64,000 bases of DNA from Desulfobulbus propionicus (GTDB lineage: Bacteria > Desulfobacterota > Desulfobulbia > Desulfobulbales > Desulfobulbaceae). The notes beneath the pieces are model-generated. The model ran no database searches and was not told the origin of the DNA. It saw nothing but the letters and a program-made list of their open reading frames with translations. Both the position numbers and the translations under genes were made by a program. Shown piece after piece: positions 48,767 through 58,489 of the stretch (position 1 is its first letter; every line of letters begins with the position of its first letter). The stretch spans positions 167-64,166 of the forward strand of contig PDTE01000022.1 of assembly GCA_002747135.1 (NCBI GenBank). The letters are read 5' to 3'.

Positions 48767-51201
48767 ATTTTTTCTTTAAGCTTAATAATAGATAGCTCTT
48801 CCCGCGCCAGCTCCTGCCACAATGGTTCTCTGCCTTTTTCGGCCAATTGCTGCAGGCGATTAAGGGCCTGCTTACTGTTTTGCCTGATCTGGTCGATTCT
48901 GGCCAGCCTGAACATGGCCTGGTCACCATATTTATTTGTTGCAGCAACTGCTTGCAGGTAAGGCACCGCTTTTTCAAACTGTTTTGTCTGGAAGTACGAT
49001 TCAGCCAGTCGCATCTGGTTGTCCTCTGTCTCTGGTGATGGCTCTGCGGAGACGTTTCCTTCCAGTTTGGTTATAACATCATTCCAGCGCTGCGCCTGGT
49101 AATACATATTGATCGCCAGTTGTTCCAGCTCCCGAGAAGTTGGCCGATCAGTATTATCCATGAGTTGCAGAGCCTTGAGAGTTTCATTGTTTTCCAGAAG
49201 TGCTTTTATTCTCAGGAGAAAAATGTCTTTATACAATTTGCTGTCAGGAAAACGAAAGGTGAACCTGTCAGCATAATCTTCAATAGTAGTATACTGATGG
49301 GCATCATAGAGCGACTGGATAAGCGGTAGATAAATCTTTTCCTGTTCATCCCCTGTGGAGGTGTGAAAGAGATACTGATAGGTGCGGGCCGCTCGGTCGA
49401 AAAAACCGAGATCAGTATAGGCTTTGGCCAGATCGTATAACAATGAAGAGGTGACCCATCCTCTGGTAAAAAGTGTTCTGTTCTGCTGGGCCAGCACCAG
49501 GGCTTCAATATATTTTTTTTGTGCTACCAGTTGATGGATAAGCTCTGGCAGCTGCTGAATAATCAGCGCTCTTGCCTCTGTCCGCATTGCTCCTGCCTGA
49601 AATTCGCGAAGCATTTTCATGCATTGCCTTACTGCGTTTTCCGGGTCATCCTGCAGCAGGTAAACAAGCGCCTGTTTAAACATTGCTTCTTCACGCAGAA
49701 TCGGGATGTTCGCCTTTTCAGAGAGTTCGTTGTAAGCGGCGACAGCCGTATCCTGCTTAAACCTGCCGTTAATGAAATCAATATCAAGTTGTTTTAGTGT
49801 GGCCCTGTCAGCCCCCTCGGTGCCAGGAAAAGAGTCCTGAATATCAAAGAGGGCTTTCTTGATCAGCTGCTCGTTTTCGCCCTGGTGAAGTTTGCTCATT
49901 TCCAGGCGAAAGAGAGCGAGCTCGTGCTCAGCACGGCCATGGAGATGTTCATTTAAAATGGTGTATTGTCTGGCGGCCTGTTCATAACGTTTGAACGTGT
50001 ACAGGACATCACAGAACCGGGCCAACGAATCGGGATACTGAGCAATGATCGTCTCGTTTTTATCGATTGCCTGGAGATACAGAACCAGGGCCTTTATTTT
50101 TTCCTTGCTCAGGTAAAGGAGGTCAGCACGACGCATGAGACGGATGGCGCTGGCCAGCTCGTCATAACCAATATCGTCTCTGTTAAGCAGCTGTCCGGCC
50201 TTGTCAATTTTCCCCAGCTCAAGGGCTGCCTCGGCTTGTAAAAGAGTGAAATAGGAGTTGAGCAAGGGGGTGGGCCTGACTTTGTCTATTGCCTCTTTGA
50301 GCTGGTAAAACCCTGGAAAGTCAGACTCATGTTTGCTGCGAAGATAGACAAATAAAAATTCTGCCAGATGGGCTATCTCTGTTTCCGGATAGTTGTATAT
50401 TATCTCCTGAAGCAGCCTGTGTGATGTATAGTAATCGTCCATGCGAACCAGTGCGTCGGCATAGCTCAGGAGAAGAAAATTGCGTATTTCAACATCTTTT
50501 TCGATAGATAGTTGTTCCCTTATCTGCTGACTGACAAGCTCCCAGTTATTTTTTGCTGCATTATTTGTAATATGATCAGGAAGCCATTCCCCGACAGGCA
50601 TCCTTGGTTCAAGGGCGGCTGCGAGGGGAAAAGGCGGTAACGTGTAGGTCGCTGGAGGACGAATATCAACCGGGGATTCGTACTCAGAAAAAAAGGAAAG
50701 CCAGTCACCCGGATAGGGGGATACATTGATAGGGTTGGTATAATCAATGGTATCGCGGTCAATCAGTGTCACCCCCTTGAACTGGGAGGATATATCAGGA
50801 TACATTGAGGTGAACTGGTTGCCAAGAAGGATATCCAGCATGAGTGTTGCCGGCTCCTTGCGGACATTTTCTTTTATGTTTTGAGGCGGGTAGCGGAAAA
50901 AAAAGGAAATAAGTGTGCCGTCAGGCTGCTGGCGGATGAGCATCTTGACGATACGATCATCACTTGAAAAAGGTTTTATCTCTTTATTGTACAAAGTCTT
51001 TTTCAGCAAAATGTCCATTCTCTTCTTGCGCAGGGTCAATTCATATTCAAACTGCTCGGTGAAGCGAAAATACAATTGAAGGCTGACCTTCTCATCGGTT
51101 CTGTTAACAGAACTCAACAGAGGCCTTCCTGCGGCAAGGTCTACCTGAACCAGAAGTATGAAAAAACATGCAGCGTAAATTTTTATGGTACTATTTTGCA
51201 T
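48763..51201 (-). CDS. Exported tetratricopeptide-repeat protein heading the flagellar cluster
   Basis: Signal peptide, many TPR-like helical pairs; start moved to ATG 51201. Confidence 0.85.
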   Translation of the reverse strand: MQNSTIKIYAACFFILLVQVDLAAGRPLLSSVNRTDEKVSLQLYFRFTEQFEYELTLRKKRMDILLKKTLYNKEIKPFSSDDRIVKMLIRQQPDGTLISFFFRYPPQNIKENVRKEPATLMLDILLGNQFTSMYPDISSQFKGVTLIDRDTIDYTNPINVSPYPGDWLSFFSEYESPVDIRPPATYTLPPFPLAAALEPRMPVGEWLPDHITNNAAKNNWELVSQQIREQLSIEKDVEIRNFLLLSYADALVRMDDYYTSHRLLQEIIYNYPETEIAHLAEFLFVYLRSKHESDFPGFYQLKEAIDKVRPTPLLNSYFTLLQAEAALELGKIDKAGQLLNRDDIGYDELASAIRLMRRADLLYLSKEKIKALVLYLQAIDKNETIIAQYPDSLARFCDVLYTFKRYEQAARQYTILNEHLHGRAEHELALFRLEMSKLHQGENEQLIKKALFDIQDSFPGTEGADRATLKQLDIDFINGRFKQDTAVAAYNELSEKANIPILREEAMFKQALVYLLQDDPENAVRQCMKMLREFQAGAMRTEARALIIQQLPELIHQLVAQKKYIEALVLAQQNRTLFTRGWVTSSLLYDLAKAYTDLGFFDRAARTYQYLFHTSTGDEQEKIYLPLIQSLYDAHQYTTIEDYADRFTFRFPDSKLYKDIFLLRIKALLENNETLKALQLMDNTDRPTSRELEQLAINMYYQAQRWNDVITKLEGNVSAEPSPETEDNQMRLAESYFQTKQFEKAVPYLQAVAATNKYGDQAMFRLARIDQIRQNSKQALNRLQQLAEKGREPLWQELAREELSIIKLKEKM

Positions 51202-51211
51202 AGATTGCTTC

Positions 51212-51368
51212 GTAACCAATCACAGGGTCTGTACGTCTGTGTTACTCTCTGCTTTTGACATATAACTGGTCACGGGTGCAACAGATTTGTATAACCACTC
51301 TTTTTCTTTATACAAGAGCATAAGGGAAAGAGTGATCGGGCAAAGATGAAGTGCCCGTGACCAGTTAT
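51212..51368 (+). mobile_element. MITE family B, full length
   Basis: Perfect 8-bp target duplication ATTGCTTC. Confidence 0.93.
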
Positions 51369-51499
51369 ATTGCTTCAGAAACTGACTTGCACCTGTTCAG
51401 AAAGAGTTTTCCCCTCTTTTTTTTTGATATACTTACAGTTTATTTTTGTAATATTAAGCAGATGACCGCAAATATTTGTTGCACACCCCAAGCTTGAAT

Positions 51500-51658
51500 G
51501 TAACTGCCTCGCAGGGCATGGAGCTCCTTGGTTTCACTTGCTTTGAGCCTGTGGCTGCTTTCAGTTTGCCCGGATTTGGGCAAGCGCGGCTGGCAGCTGC
51601 AGTCCCTTTGTGCGGCCAATCGTGACCGCCTGAAGATGGTCGTCCTGGGGGGTGTTAT
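51500..51658 (+). mobile_element. MITE family A, full length
   Basis: A body; flanks GCTTGAAT/GCCTGAAC (6/8). Confidence 0.85.
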
Positions 51659-51827
51659 GCCTGAACAAATATCTTCATTTTCGGGCAGATACTACTTCAG
51701 TGTATCTGGTTATGTTATGCAATTAATATTCCATGCTGGAAAAGGCAGCTTGTTGGATCGTACAGAGCAAAGATTGCAGAAAATAGTGGAAAGGAGCGTC
51801 TGCTTTCCGGGCGGCACAAAAACAACG

Positions 51828-52010
51828 GTAACCAATCACGGGGTTTGTATTTGGGTGTTATTCTCTACTTCTGACGTGTAACTGGTCACGGGTGCAACAG
51901 AATTGGGCAAGCACTCTTTTCCGCAGGTAAGCAAGTGAAGTGAGACTCCGTGTACAAGAGTAGGCGGGAAAGAGTGATCGGGCAAAGATGAAGTACCCGT
52001 GATCAGTTAA
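51828..52010 (+). mobile_element. MITE family B long variant
   Basis: Perfect 8-bp target duplication AAACAACG. Confidence 0.93.
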
Positions 52011-52328
52011 AAACAACGGAGGCTAACTGGTTGCAGTTCAGATAGAAAATTAGCTTGGCGACGTGGTATTTGTAGAAGACGCTTGATTTTTCCCCTTTGC
52101 ATTGATATTAAGGGTGTTGAAACAATCAATCTATCTCTTTGAAAATGTGTTATTTTGCAGAAAAAGCCTTTTGCTGAATTTGCTCAGAACTACAAAGAGT
52201 TACGCTGACCTTCTCAGCACCTTTATATTGTCCTGTATTATGAAGAAAATGGGATAAAATATACTTACCCTTATTAGGTATATAATTTATCTGAAGAACT
52301 ACTTGTAACTACTCAGGAGGTATCTTTC

Positions 52329-52700
52329 ATGGCAAAAAATGTATTGCTTGTTGATGATTCAAGCACAATGCGAAAAATAATTAGTCGCTCCCTTCGTCAG
52401 GCAGGGCTTGATTTTGGTGATATTTTTGAAGCTGGTGATGGCCAGGAAGCCCTTGATGTACTTGAGAAAGAAAATGTGGATATTGTGTTGAGTGACATTA
52501 ATATGCCCAATATGAATGGTATTGAGTTTTTGCGAGAAAAATCGGGGCGGGACAGTATAAAAGATATTCCTGTGTTCATGATTTCAACAGAAACTGGTGA
52601 CGACATTATAGGCGAGGCAAAAAGCCTTGGCGCAATCGGAGCACTGAAAAAACCTTTTACTCCAGACAAGGTCAACGAAGTTCTGGGGCCTTTGATGTAG
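52329..52700 (+). CDS. cheY: CheY-type response regulator
   Basis: VDDS, SDINMP phospho-Asp, MIST, KKPF; AGGAGG RBS. Confidence 0.9.
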   Translation: MAKNVLLVDDSSTMRKIISRSLRQAGLDFGDIFEAGDGQEALDVLEKENVDIVLSDINMPNMNGIEFLREKSGRDSIKDIPVFMISTETGDDIIGEAKSLGAIGALKKPFTPDKVNEVLGPLM

Positions 52701-52738
52701 GTAGATAACCCGAAGCGTTCAGTAGAGGTGATATTTTC

Positions 52739-53215
52739 GTGGATCTTGAGAAAGAATTGACCAAGAAATTAACGGAATCTGCGGTTGAGATATTTACTGG
52801 CATGGTAATGATGGAACTTGAACCTGCCAGCAAGCCTGTTCGTGAATTAAGGGAGCTTAAACAATCCATTACGGGAATGGTCGGGCTTGCCGGGATGTAC
52901 AAAGGACTGTTGGCAATACACGTCCCCAACGAAATAGCCAAGACCATTACCGGTAATTTTCTTGGATTAGAAGTTGATCAAGTTGATGAAGTCAATGAAG
53001 ATGTCCAGGATGCCATTGGTGAGCTCGCCAATATGCTGGGGGGCAGTCTTAAAAACATATTATCGGATAAAGGCAAAGATATTCAACTTTCACTGCCCTC
53101 AACCATATCAGGAGAATCGTACACGTTTATGCCGCAAAGCGAGATCGATAAGTTGATCCTGGCCTTTAATGTTGCCCAGGGTATTTTTTATGTACAAGTC
53201 GAACTGGAATCATAG
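52739..53215 (+). CDS. cheX: Chemotaxis phosphatase CheX
   Basis: ITGMVGLAG, DAIGELANMLGG, LSLPSTI. Confidence 0.9.
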   Translation: MDLEKELTKKLTESAVEIFTGMVMMELEPASKPVRELRELKQSITGMVGLAGMYKGLLAIHVPNEIAKTITGNFLGLEVDQVDEVNEDVQDAIGELANMLGGSLKNILSDKGKDIQLSLPSTISGESYTFMPQSEIDKLILAFNVAQGIFYVQVELES

Positions 53216-53218
53216 CCT

Positions 53219-53719
53219 GTGAATGACGCTGAAAACAGACAAGAAATTCATATCAGGACGGCAGACCTGGAGCGATTTATTGTTAATGCCACCTGTGAAG
53301 TCTTTGCCGCCATGGTTTTTCTTGACATTGAACCTGGTGCACTGCAAGTCGGCCAAAATGTTACCATTGATGCTGCGTTAAGCAGCATGATCGGGCTGAC
53401 TGGTGACATCAGGGGAATGGTCAGTGTTCACTGTTCTGATACGGCTGCAAAAGGCATCACCGGAAGCATGCTTGGCATGGAAGTTGAGAGCCTTGGTGAA
53501 GATGTAAAAGATGCTATAGGAGAAATTGCTAATATGGTCGCAGGTGGATTAAAGGATTATTTTGCGGCCCAAAATCTGGCTATACAGCTCGCTATTCCAA
53601 CAACGGTAATAGGGCAATCACTTCGTATCAGCGGGCTTCCAGGAGGAACAAGAGTGATGGTGCCGTTTTCTCTTGCCGACAGTACTTTTGGAGTGGAATT
53701 AAAATATATTATATCGTGA
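53219..53719 (+). CDS. cheX: Chemotaxis phosphatase CheX (second copy)
   Basis: MIGLTGDIRG, DAIGEIANMVAG, LAIPTTV. Confidence 0.9.
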   Translation: MNDAENRQEIHIRTADLERFIVNATCEVFAAMVFLDIEPGALQVGQNVTIDAALSSMIGLTGDIRGMVSVHCSDTAAKGITGSMLGMEVESLGEDVKDAIGEIANMVAGGLKDYFAAQNLAIQLAIPTTVIGQSLRISGLPGGTRVMVPFSLADSTFGVELKYIIS

Positions 53720-53752
53720 GTAGTTATTGTATATGTAGTCATCCCTCTGTTT

Positions 53753-53937
53753 GTAACTGGTCACGGGCACTTCATCTTTGCCCGATCACCATTGCCCGCA
53801 TCCTCTTGTACACGAAAGTCTCACTTCGCTTGCTTACCTGCGGAAAAGAGTGCTCGCCCAATTCTGTTGCACCTGTAACCAGTTACACGTCAGAACCAGA
53901 GAATAACACTTAAAATACAGCCCCCGTGGTTGGTTAC
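53753..53937 (-). mobile_element. MITE family B long variant (185 bp)
   Basis: GTAACTGGTCACGGG...CCCCGTGGTTGGTTAC. Confidence 0.92.
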
Positions 53938-54027
53938 GTTGCCACAGTGCTTTTGGATAAAATGTGCAGTGTTCAACTGTTCCCTGTTCTTAACGCATTT
54001 TTTTCCTGGCTTTTTTATTCTTTTGTT

Positions 54028-54054
54028 TAAACAGTCAGGAGAATTTGTCGAAAT
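54028..54054 (+). promoter_or_regulatory. Possible sigma28 promoter
   Basis: TAAA-N15-GTCGAAAT upstream of the double-CheC gene. Confidence 0.4.
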
Positions 54055-54088
54055 ATAAGATAGATATGCGGTAAAAAAACATCTCCAT

Positions 54089-54136
54089 ACGTAAAGCAAG
54101 TGAAACCAGGGTAATACATGCCCTGTGAGTAGTTAC
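54089..54136 (-). mobile_element. MITE family A left-arm fragment
   Basis: ACGTAAAGCAAGTGAAACCAGGGTAATACATGCCCTGTGAGTAGTTAC. Confidence 0.85.
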
Positions 54137-54166
54137 TTCCTCCGTACAAAGGTATTTCTGGCAGCA

Positions 54167-56053
54167 ATGGAAAATAAAAAAAATCTGGAACAGCTGAATA
54201 AAATTATCGAAGCCTGCAAAGATCGAATACAGGAGGAGATTTCTACCTTATTAGGCAAAAAATTTCAGATTGCCAGCCATAAAGAACCGAAAGTAAGCAG
54301 TAAGGGGCAGCTTTTCGAGCAATTGGAAGGTAAAAGTGTCCTTGCTCACATACAACTTGAAGGGGAACTGGAGGGAAAGGGGTGTGTCCTGGTTTCTCTG
54401 GCCGATGCAATCCGCATCGGTGGTACCCTGATTATGTTGCCTGAGTCAGAGCTGGAGGCAGTTCTGTCTGAAGAAAAATATACAGAGGAGCTAGAGGATT
54501 CGTACGGCGAAGTTGCTAATATTTTTTGCGGCTCGCTTACCTATACTTTTGAAGAGCACTATCCAAAAAGCTTTCGGATTGTTCGTACCGAACAGGAAAT
54601 AGTCCTTCCCTTAGAAGTCGATATAGATTCCGGCGAACCTGTTCCGGTTGGCAGTTATTATACGTGTTCGTTTCTCATGAACCTGGAAGGCAGGGAAATG
54701 GGAGAGCTGAAAGTCGTTCTTCCTGCAGCTCCATTTGGGCTGGCAGAAGAGACAGCGTTCCAGGATGATTCTCAGAAAAAAGATGAATCGTCGCAGGCGG
54801 TGAAAGAAAATGGAGAGGAAACGACCACCTCAGTAAAGCAAACCGTGGCAGAACGTGAAAAAGTGAAAAAAACGGAGGCTGAAATTCTTGAACAGCAGGA
54901 GGGAAAAGATAAAGCATCTGAAAAAGAACCGGCCCCTGTTGCGGTAAAGAAAAAAGATATAAATAAACAGAAAAAAATCGTCGATACCCTGCTGCAGAAT
55001 GCACAGGAAAAGATTGCTGAGGAAATAGGAATTCTTACAGGAGGAACGTTAAGCATCTCTAATCCAGAGGAGCAGATTTATACAAAGAAAGATTTCCTTG
55101 AGCAGGCAGGCGGTAAACAGGCCCTGGCCCGGATGGCTGTCCGTGGTGACGCTGATGGTGAGGTTTTCTTGTTTGTACCGATCGCTGCTGCAATCCACCT
55201 GGGTGGAACACTTATCATGCTTCCGGAAAGCGAGCTGAAAGAGACTGTTCGCAAAGAGTTGTTTGGAGAAGAATCTGCAGATGCTTTTGGAGAAATCGCA
55301 AATATAATTGCCGGGGTATACACCCTGGTTTTTGAAGAGCAATACCGGAAAAATTATGGATTTGTCAAAACGACCGTAGAGACAATCGTTCCTGTAAAGA
55401 TTGACCCTGACAGCGATGATACTCTTCCCAATCAGCTTTACTACCTCTCTGCGTATGATATTTCATACAATGGCGAGGAATTGGGAAGGGTGCAGATCAT
55501 CTTCCCTGCTTCCCTGCTTGAGCTGGAAGGATTGCTTGCTTCCGATGACCCTGAACCGGCTCAGCAGCCCACCTTGGCAAACGATAAAATCTCCACGTCA
55601 GATGAGGCCTTGGCAGGGGAAGTACAAGTTGGGGGCAAGGCTTTTGGCCAGGCGGTTAGTGCTCTTGGGCAGTCTTCCGGAAGTGACGGGGCAGACATCA
55701 TCGTCTTCAGTGATGATTTGACTGAAAATGAACGTCTTGGGGTTTTTTTTGAGGAACTCGGATATACTTATCAGATGTTACCGTTTAAATCCTCTGTCAA
55801 TGACTACCTGACCAACGCTGTTCAGCTGGTTTTTCTCATTATGAAAAATGTCAATGAACAGGGCTTTGGAGTGGCCATAAAAATCAGCAGCAGCGGGTAT
55901 AATGTCCCGCTCATCCTGGCTGGCCCCGCATGGACCAGATCACTGGTTATCAAAGCTGTGAAGTACGGAGCCGGAGATATTCTCATCACTCCCGCGACAA
56001 GAGAAGACCTCAGGGAAAAGATAGAGCTGAATTTGCCGAGAAAGGCCGCTTGA
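54167..56053 (+). CDS. Tandem CheC/CheX-like domain protein with C-terminal receiver-like domain
   Basis: Internal duplication (GGTLIMLPESEL twice; GEVANI and GEIANI); receiver-like fold ending YGAGDILITP. Confidence 0.8.
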   Translation: MENKKNLEQLNKIIEACKDRIQEEISTLLGKKFQIASHKEPKVSSKGQLFEQLEGKSVLAHIQLEGELEGKGCVLVSLADAIRIGGTLIMLPESELEAVLSEEKYTEELEDSYGEVANIFCGSLTYTFEEHYPKSFRIVRTEQEIVLPLEVDIDSGEPVPVGSYYTCSFLMNLEGREMGELKVVLPAAPFGLAEETAFQDDSQKKDESSQAVKENGEETTTSVKQTVAEREKVKKTEAEILEQQEGKDKASEKEPAPVAVKKKDINKQKKIVDTLLQNAQEKIAEEIGILTGGTLSISNPEEQIYTKKDFLEQAGGKQALARMAVRGDADGEVFLFVPIAAAIHLGGTLIMLPESELKETVRKELFGEESADAFGEIANIIAGVYTLVFEEQYRKNYGFVKTTVETIVPVKIDPDSDDTLPNQLYYLSAYDISYNGEELGRVQIIFPASLLELEGLLASDDPEPAQQPTLANDKISTSDEALAGEVQVGGKAFGQAVSALGQSSGSDGADIIVFSDDLTENERLGVFFEELGYTYQMLPFKSSVNDYLTNAVQLVFLIMKNVNEQGFGVAIKISSSGYNVPLILAGPAWTRSLVIKAVKYGAGDILITPATREDLREKIELNLPRKAA

Positions 56054-56063
56054 CCAATGACAG

Positions 56064-57131
56064 CTATCCTTCCGGGTTCAATTCCTTCTTCTTGATTTTT
56101 TCAAGCAGGGTTGTTCGTTTTAAATTGAGCAGGCGAGCAGCTTCTTTTTTGTTCCCTTTGGTTTTTTTTAGCGCGTTTACAATGAGTTGTGTCTCAAAAT
56201 CATTAACCAGGGCATTGAAATCTATCCCGTCATCCGGCCACGACTCGTCCGGTACCTGGGGAACTTGAGGCATAGCAGTAAACAGGCCAAGCTGCTCTGG
56301 AGAAGGTTCATCTTTTTCCTGTGTTCCCGTTGCAGGAAGAGATGAGAGTGATTCAGGGGGAAACCTGTACTTTTCCGGCAGGTCCTTGTAGCAAACCTGG
56401 CTTCCACCATGCAGGATAGTCATGTGGTGAACAAGGTTTTCCAGTTCCCGTACATTTCCGCGCCAGTTCAGGTTAGTCAGGGTCTGCATGGCGGTCAGGT
56501 CAAATCCGAGCAGCCCCTTTTTCTTGGATTGAGAAAAATTTTTGACGAATAAGTCGATGAGCAGCGGGATATCATCTCTTCTGTCCCTGAGCGGGGGAAT
56601 GGAGACCGGAATAACGCTTAGACGATAGAAAAGATCTTCCCTGAACTGTCCCTCGTCAACCAGTTCTTCAAGGTTTCGATGAGTGGCTGCAATCACCCTG
56701 ACATTTACCGGGATTGGCTTTAGTCCGCCAACTGGTTCAAACTCTCTCTCCTGGAGTACTCTCAGAAGCTTGGCCTGCAAGGCTGGCTTCATATCTCCAA
56801 TTTCGTCGAGAAACAGGGTGCCTCCATTGGCATATTCAATGCGGCCGGTCTTGTTGCCTGTAGCTCCAGTGAATGCACCTTTTGTGTATCCGAACAGCTC
56901 ACTTTCCAGCAGATCGTCCGGGATTGCTGCACAATTGACCGGTACAAAGTTTTTTTTGTTTCTTGGGCTATGGGCATGGATTGCCTTGGCAACAAGTTCC
57001 TTGCCTGTGCCTGATTCACCCTGAATAAGCACGGTTCCGATATCATCTTCTGCGAGCTTGCCGATAAGTTTGAAGAGCTGCTTCATGCAGGCACTTCTGC
57101 CAATGATGCCGTGAAATTGATTCGGGGCCAT
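56064..57131 (-). CDS. Sigma54-dependent activator (AAA+ and Fis HTH only), candidate flagellar master regulator
   Basis: [30 protein letters not shown]-terminal [13 protein letters not shown]. Confidence 0.92.
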   Translation of the reverse strand: MAPNQFHGIIGRSACMKQLFKLIGKLAEDDIGTVLIQGESGTGKELVAKAIHAHSPRNKKNFVPVNCAAIPDDLLESELFGYTKGAFTGATGNKTGRIEYANGGTLFLDEIGDMKPALQAKLLRVLQEREFEPVGGLKPIPVNVRVIAATHRNLEELVDEGQFREDLFYRLSVIPVSIPPLRDRRDDIPLLIDLFVKNFSQSKKKGLLGFDLTAMQTLTNLNWRGNVRELENLVHHMTILHGGSQVCYKDLPEKYRFPPESLSSLPATGTQEKDEPSPEQLGLFTAMPQVPQVPDESWPDDGIDFNALVNDFETQLIVNALKKTKGNKKEAARLLNLKRTTLLEKIKKKELNPEG

Positions 57132-57134
57132 GGC

Positions 57135-57617
57135 TCAGAGAGGCATTTTGTCAGCAAGTCTGCTGGTTGTGCGGCGCATATTAAGGCTGAGCAGCCGCAT
57201 TATTTTTTTGAGGAGAGCAACCCCTACAGCCGGGTATCTTGCTGTGAGGATATCAAACCCTTTTTTTGTCAATATTATGACTACGCTGGGTTGTCGGGCA
57301 ATAACACTGGCTGATCTGGGGGACTTGTCAATGATGGACATTTCTCCAATGGTGTTGCCTTTTCCAAGCCTGGCTATAATCCTGTAGTTGCCGTCCACAG
57401 ACTTTTTCAGGACATCGAGCAGTCCCCTGACAACAAAGCACATATAATCACCTTTTTCTCCTTCTGTGAACAGATATTCCCCACGAAGAATTTCCATAAA
57501 ATTCATATGTCTGGACAGGGTGTCCAGTTCCTCCATCTTGAAGGAATCAAATAAGGGGAGAGAGAGGATAAGATCCCTTGTTTTTTCTTCGTTTTCAGTA
57601 AGGGGTGGAATGGACAT
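57135..57617 (-). CDS. Stand-alone cyclic nucleotide-binding domain protein
   Basis: LFTEGEKGD, IGEMSIIDKSPRSASV phosphate-binding cassette; no HTH. Confidence 0.88.
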   Translation of the reverse strand: MSIPPLTENEEKTRDLILSLPLFDSFKMEELDTLSRHMNFMEILRGEYLFTEGEKGDYMCFVVRGLLDVLKKSVDGNYRIIARLGKGNTIGEMSIIDKSPRSASVIARQPSVVIILTKKGFDILTARYPAVGVALLKKIMRLLSLNMRRTTSRLADKMPL

Positions 57618-57773
57618 AAAACGATAGCTGCAAGGTAAAATAACGCCAACTCCTGACATTTAATGTAATGTACAGTACCATATCATATACGTGAAAGACA
57701 AGCAGCTTTCAGAAAAAGTGTCATTTTCTTGACAACAAAATAAATAAAAATTTTTTTCGTGAGTTGTCGTGAT

Positions 57774-58268
57774 ATGAATAATATTATTTTACGGAATTTT
57801 TTGGTGTTGAGTACAGCAACTCTTTTTATCTGCATAAATGCTGCCTGGGGTGGCCAGGCATATGTGCTGAAAGTGCTTGATGGCGACTCCATTCAGGTGA
57901 AAGAAGGGGCACGGATCTACGATATACGGCTGTATGGAGTGGATGCCCCCGAGTATGACCAGCATTACGGTAACAGGGCAAGGCGTTTTACTTCTGAGTT
58001 GATACGGAGAAAAAACATAACTGTTCAGGCAAAATACAAAGATCGTTATGGCCGGGTAGTAGCTGTTGTGATGTCACAGGGAAAAAATGTGAGCAAGGAG
58101 CTGGTTAGAAATGGTCTGGCGTGGGTGCATCCTTATTTTTGCAAGGATAAGCGGCAATGCAGCATGATGACGCAGGATCAGCTTGCGGCAAAAAAAGCAA
58201 AGCTGGGCCTCTGGAAGGATGCAAAGCCAATACCTCCGTGGAAGTGGAAGAAAAGCCGCAGGAGGTGA
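57774..58268 (+). CDS. Thermonuclease (SNase) family protein, exported
   Basis: VLDGDSI, RLYGVDAPE, DRYGR, GLAW, GLW. Confidence 0.93.
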   Translation: MNNIILRNFLVLSTATLFICINAAWGGQAYVLKVLDGDSIQVKEGARIYDIRLYGVDAPEYDQHYGNRARRFTSELIRRKNITVQAKYKDRYGRVVAVVMSQGKNVSKELVRNGLAWVHPYFCKDKRQCSMMTQDQLAAKKAKLGLWKDAKPIPPWKWKKSRRR

Positions 58269-58278
58269 GCCCTTCAAT

Positions 58279-58376
58279 ATAACCGATCATGGATGCAGCA
58301 GAATTGTGCAGGCACAACTCCCCACTATACAAGAGTATACGGGTAGTTGTCCTCGTGCAAAGATGAGGGGCCTGAG
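58279..58376 (+). mobile_element. MITE family B core hairpin, diverged
   Basis: CAGAATTG...CTATACAAGAGTAT...GCAAAGATGA with altered but pairing stem. Confidence 0.7.
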
Positions 58377-58489
58377 ATTTTTTTCAGTTTTTCAACCGAT
58401 TTTTTCTTTATACATCCCAGAATGAATGGTAGGACATGTCAAGAGCAAGACGTACAATGGTTTTTCCTGCCCTGATCAGAGGAATGTAT

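Noticed and set aside
51528-51881. ORFs lying largely within MITEs (also 11748-11969, 23439-23828, 53716-53913, 60379-60570)
   Set aside because: They translate repeat sequence and have no protein-family signal.
54125-54166. Extended N-termini of the double-CheC gene, flgF, flgB and the TPR gene in the ORF track
   Set aside because: The upstream GTG/TTG starts fall inside element ends; downstream ATGs match the family starts.
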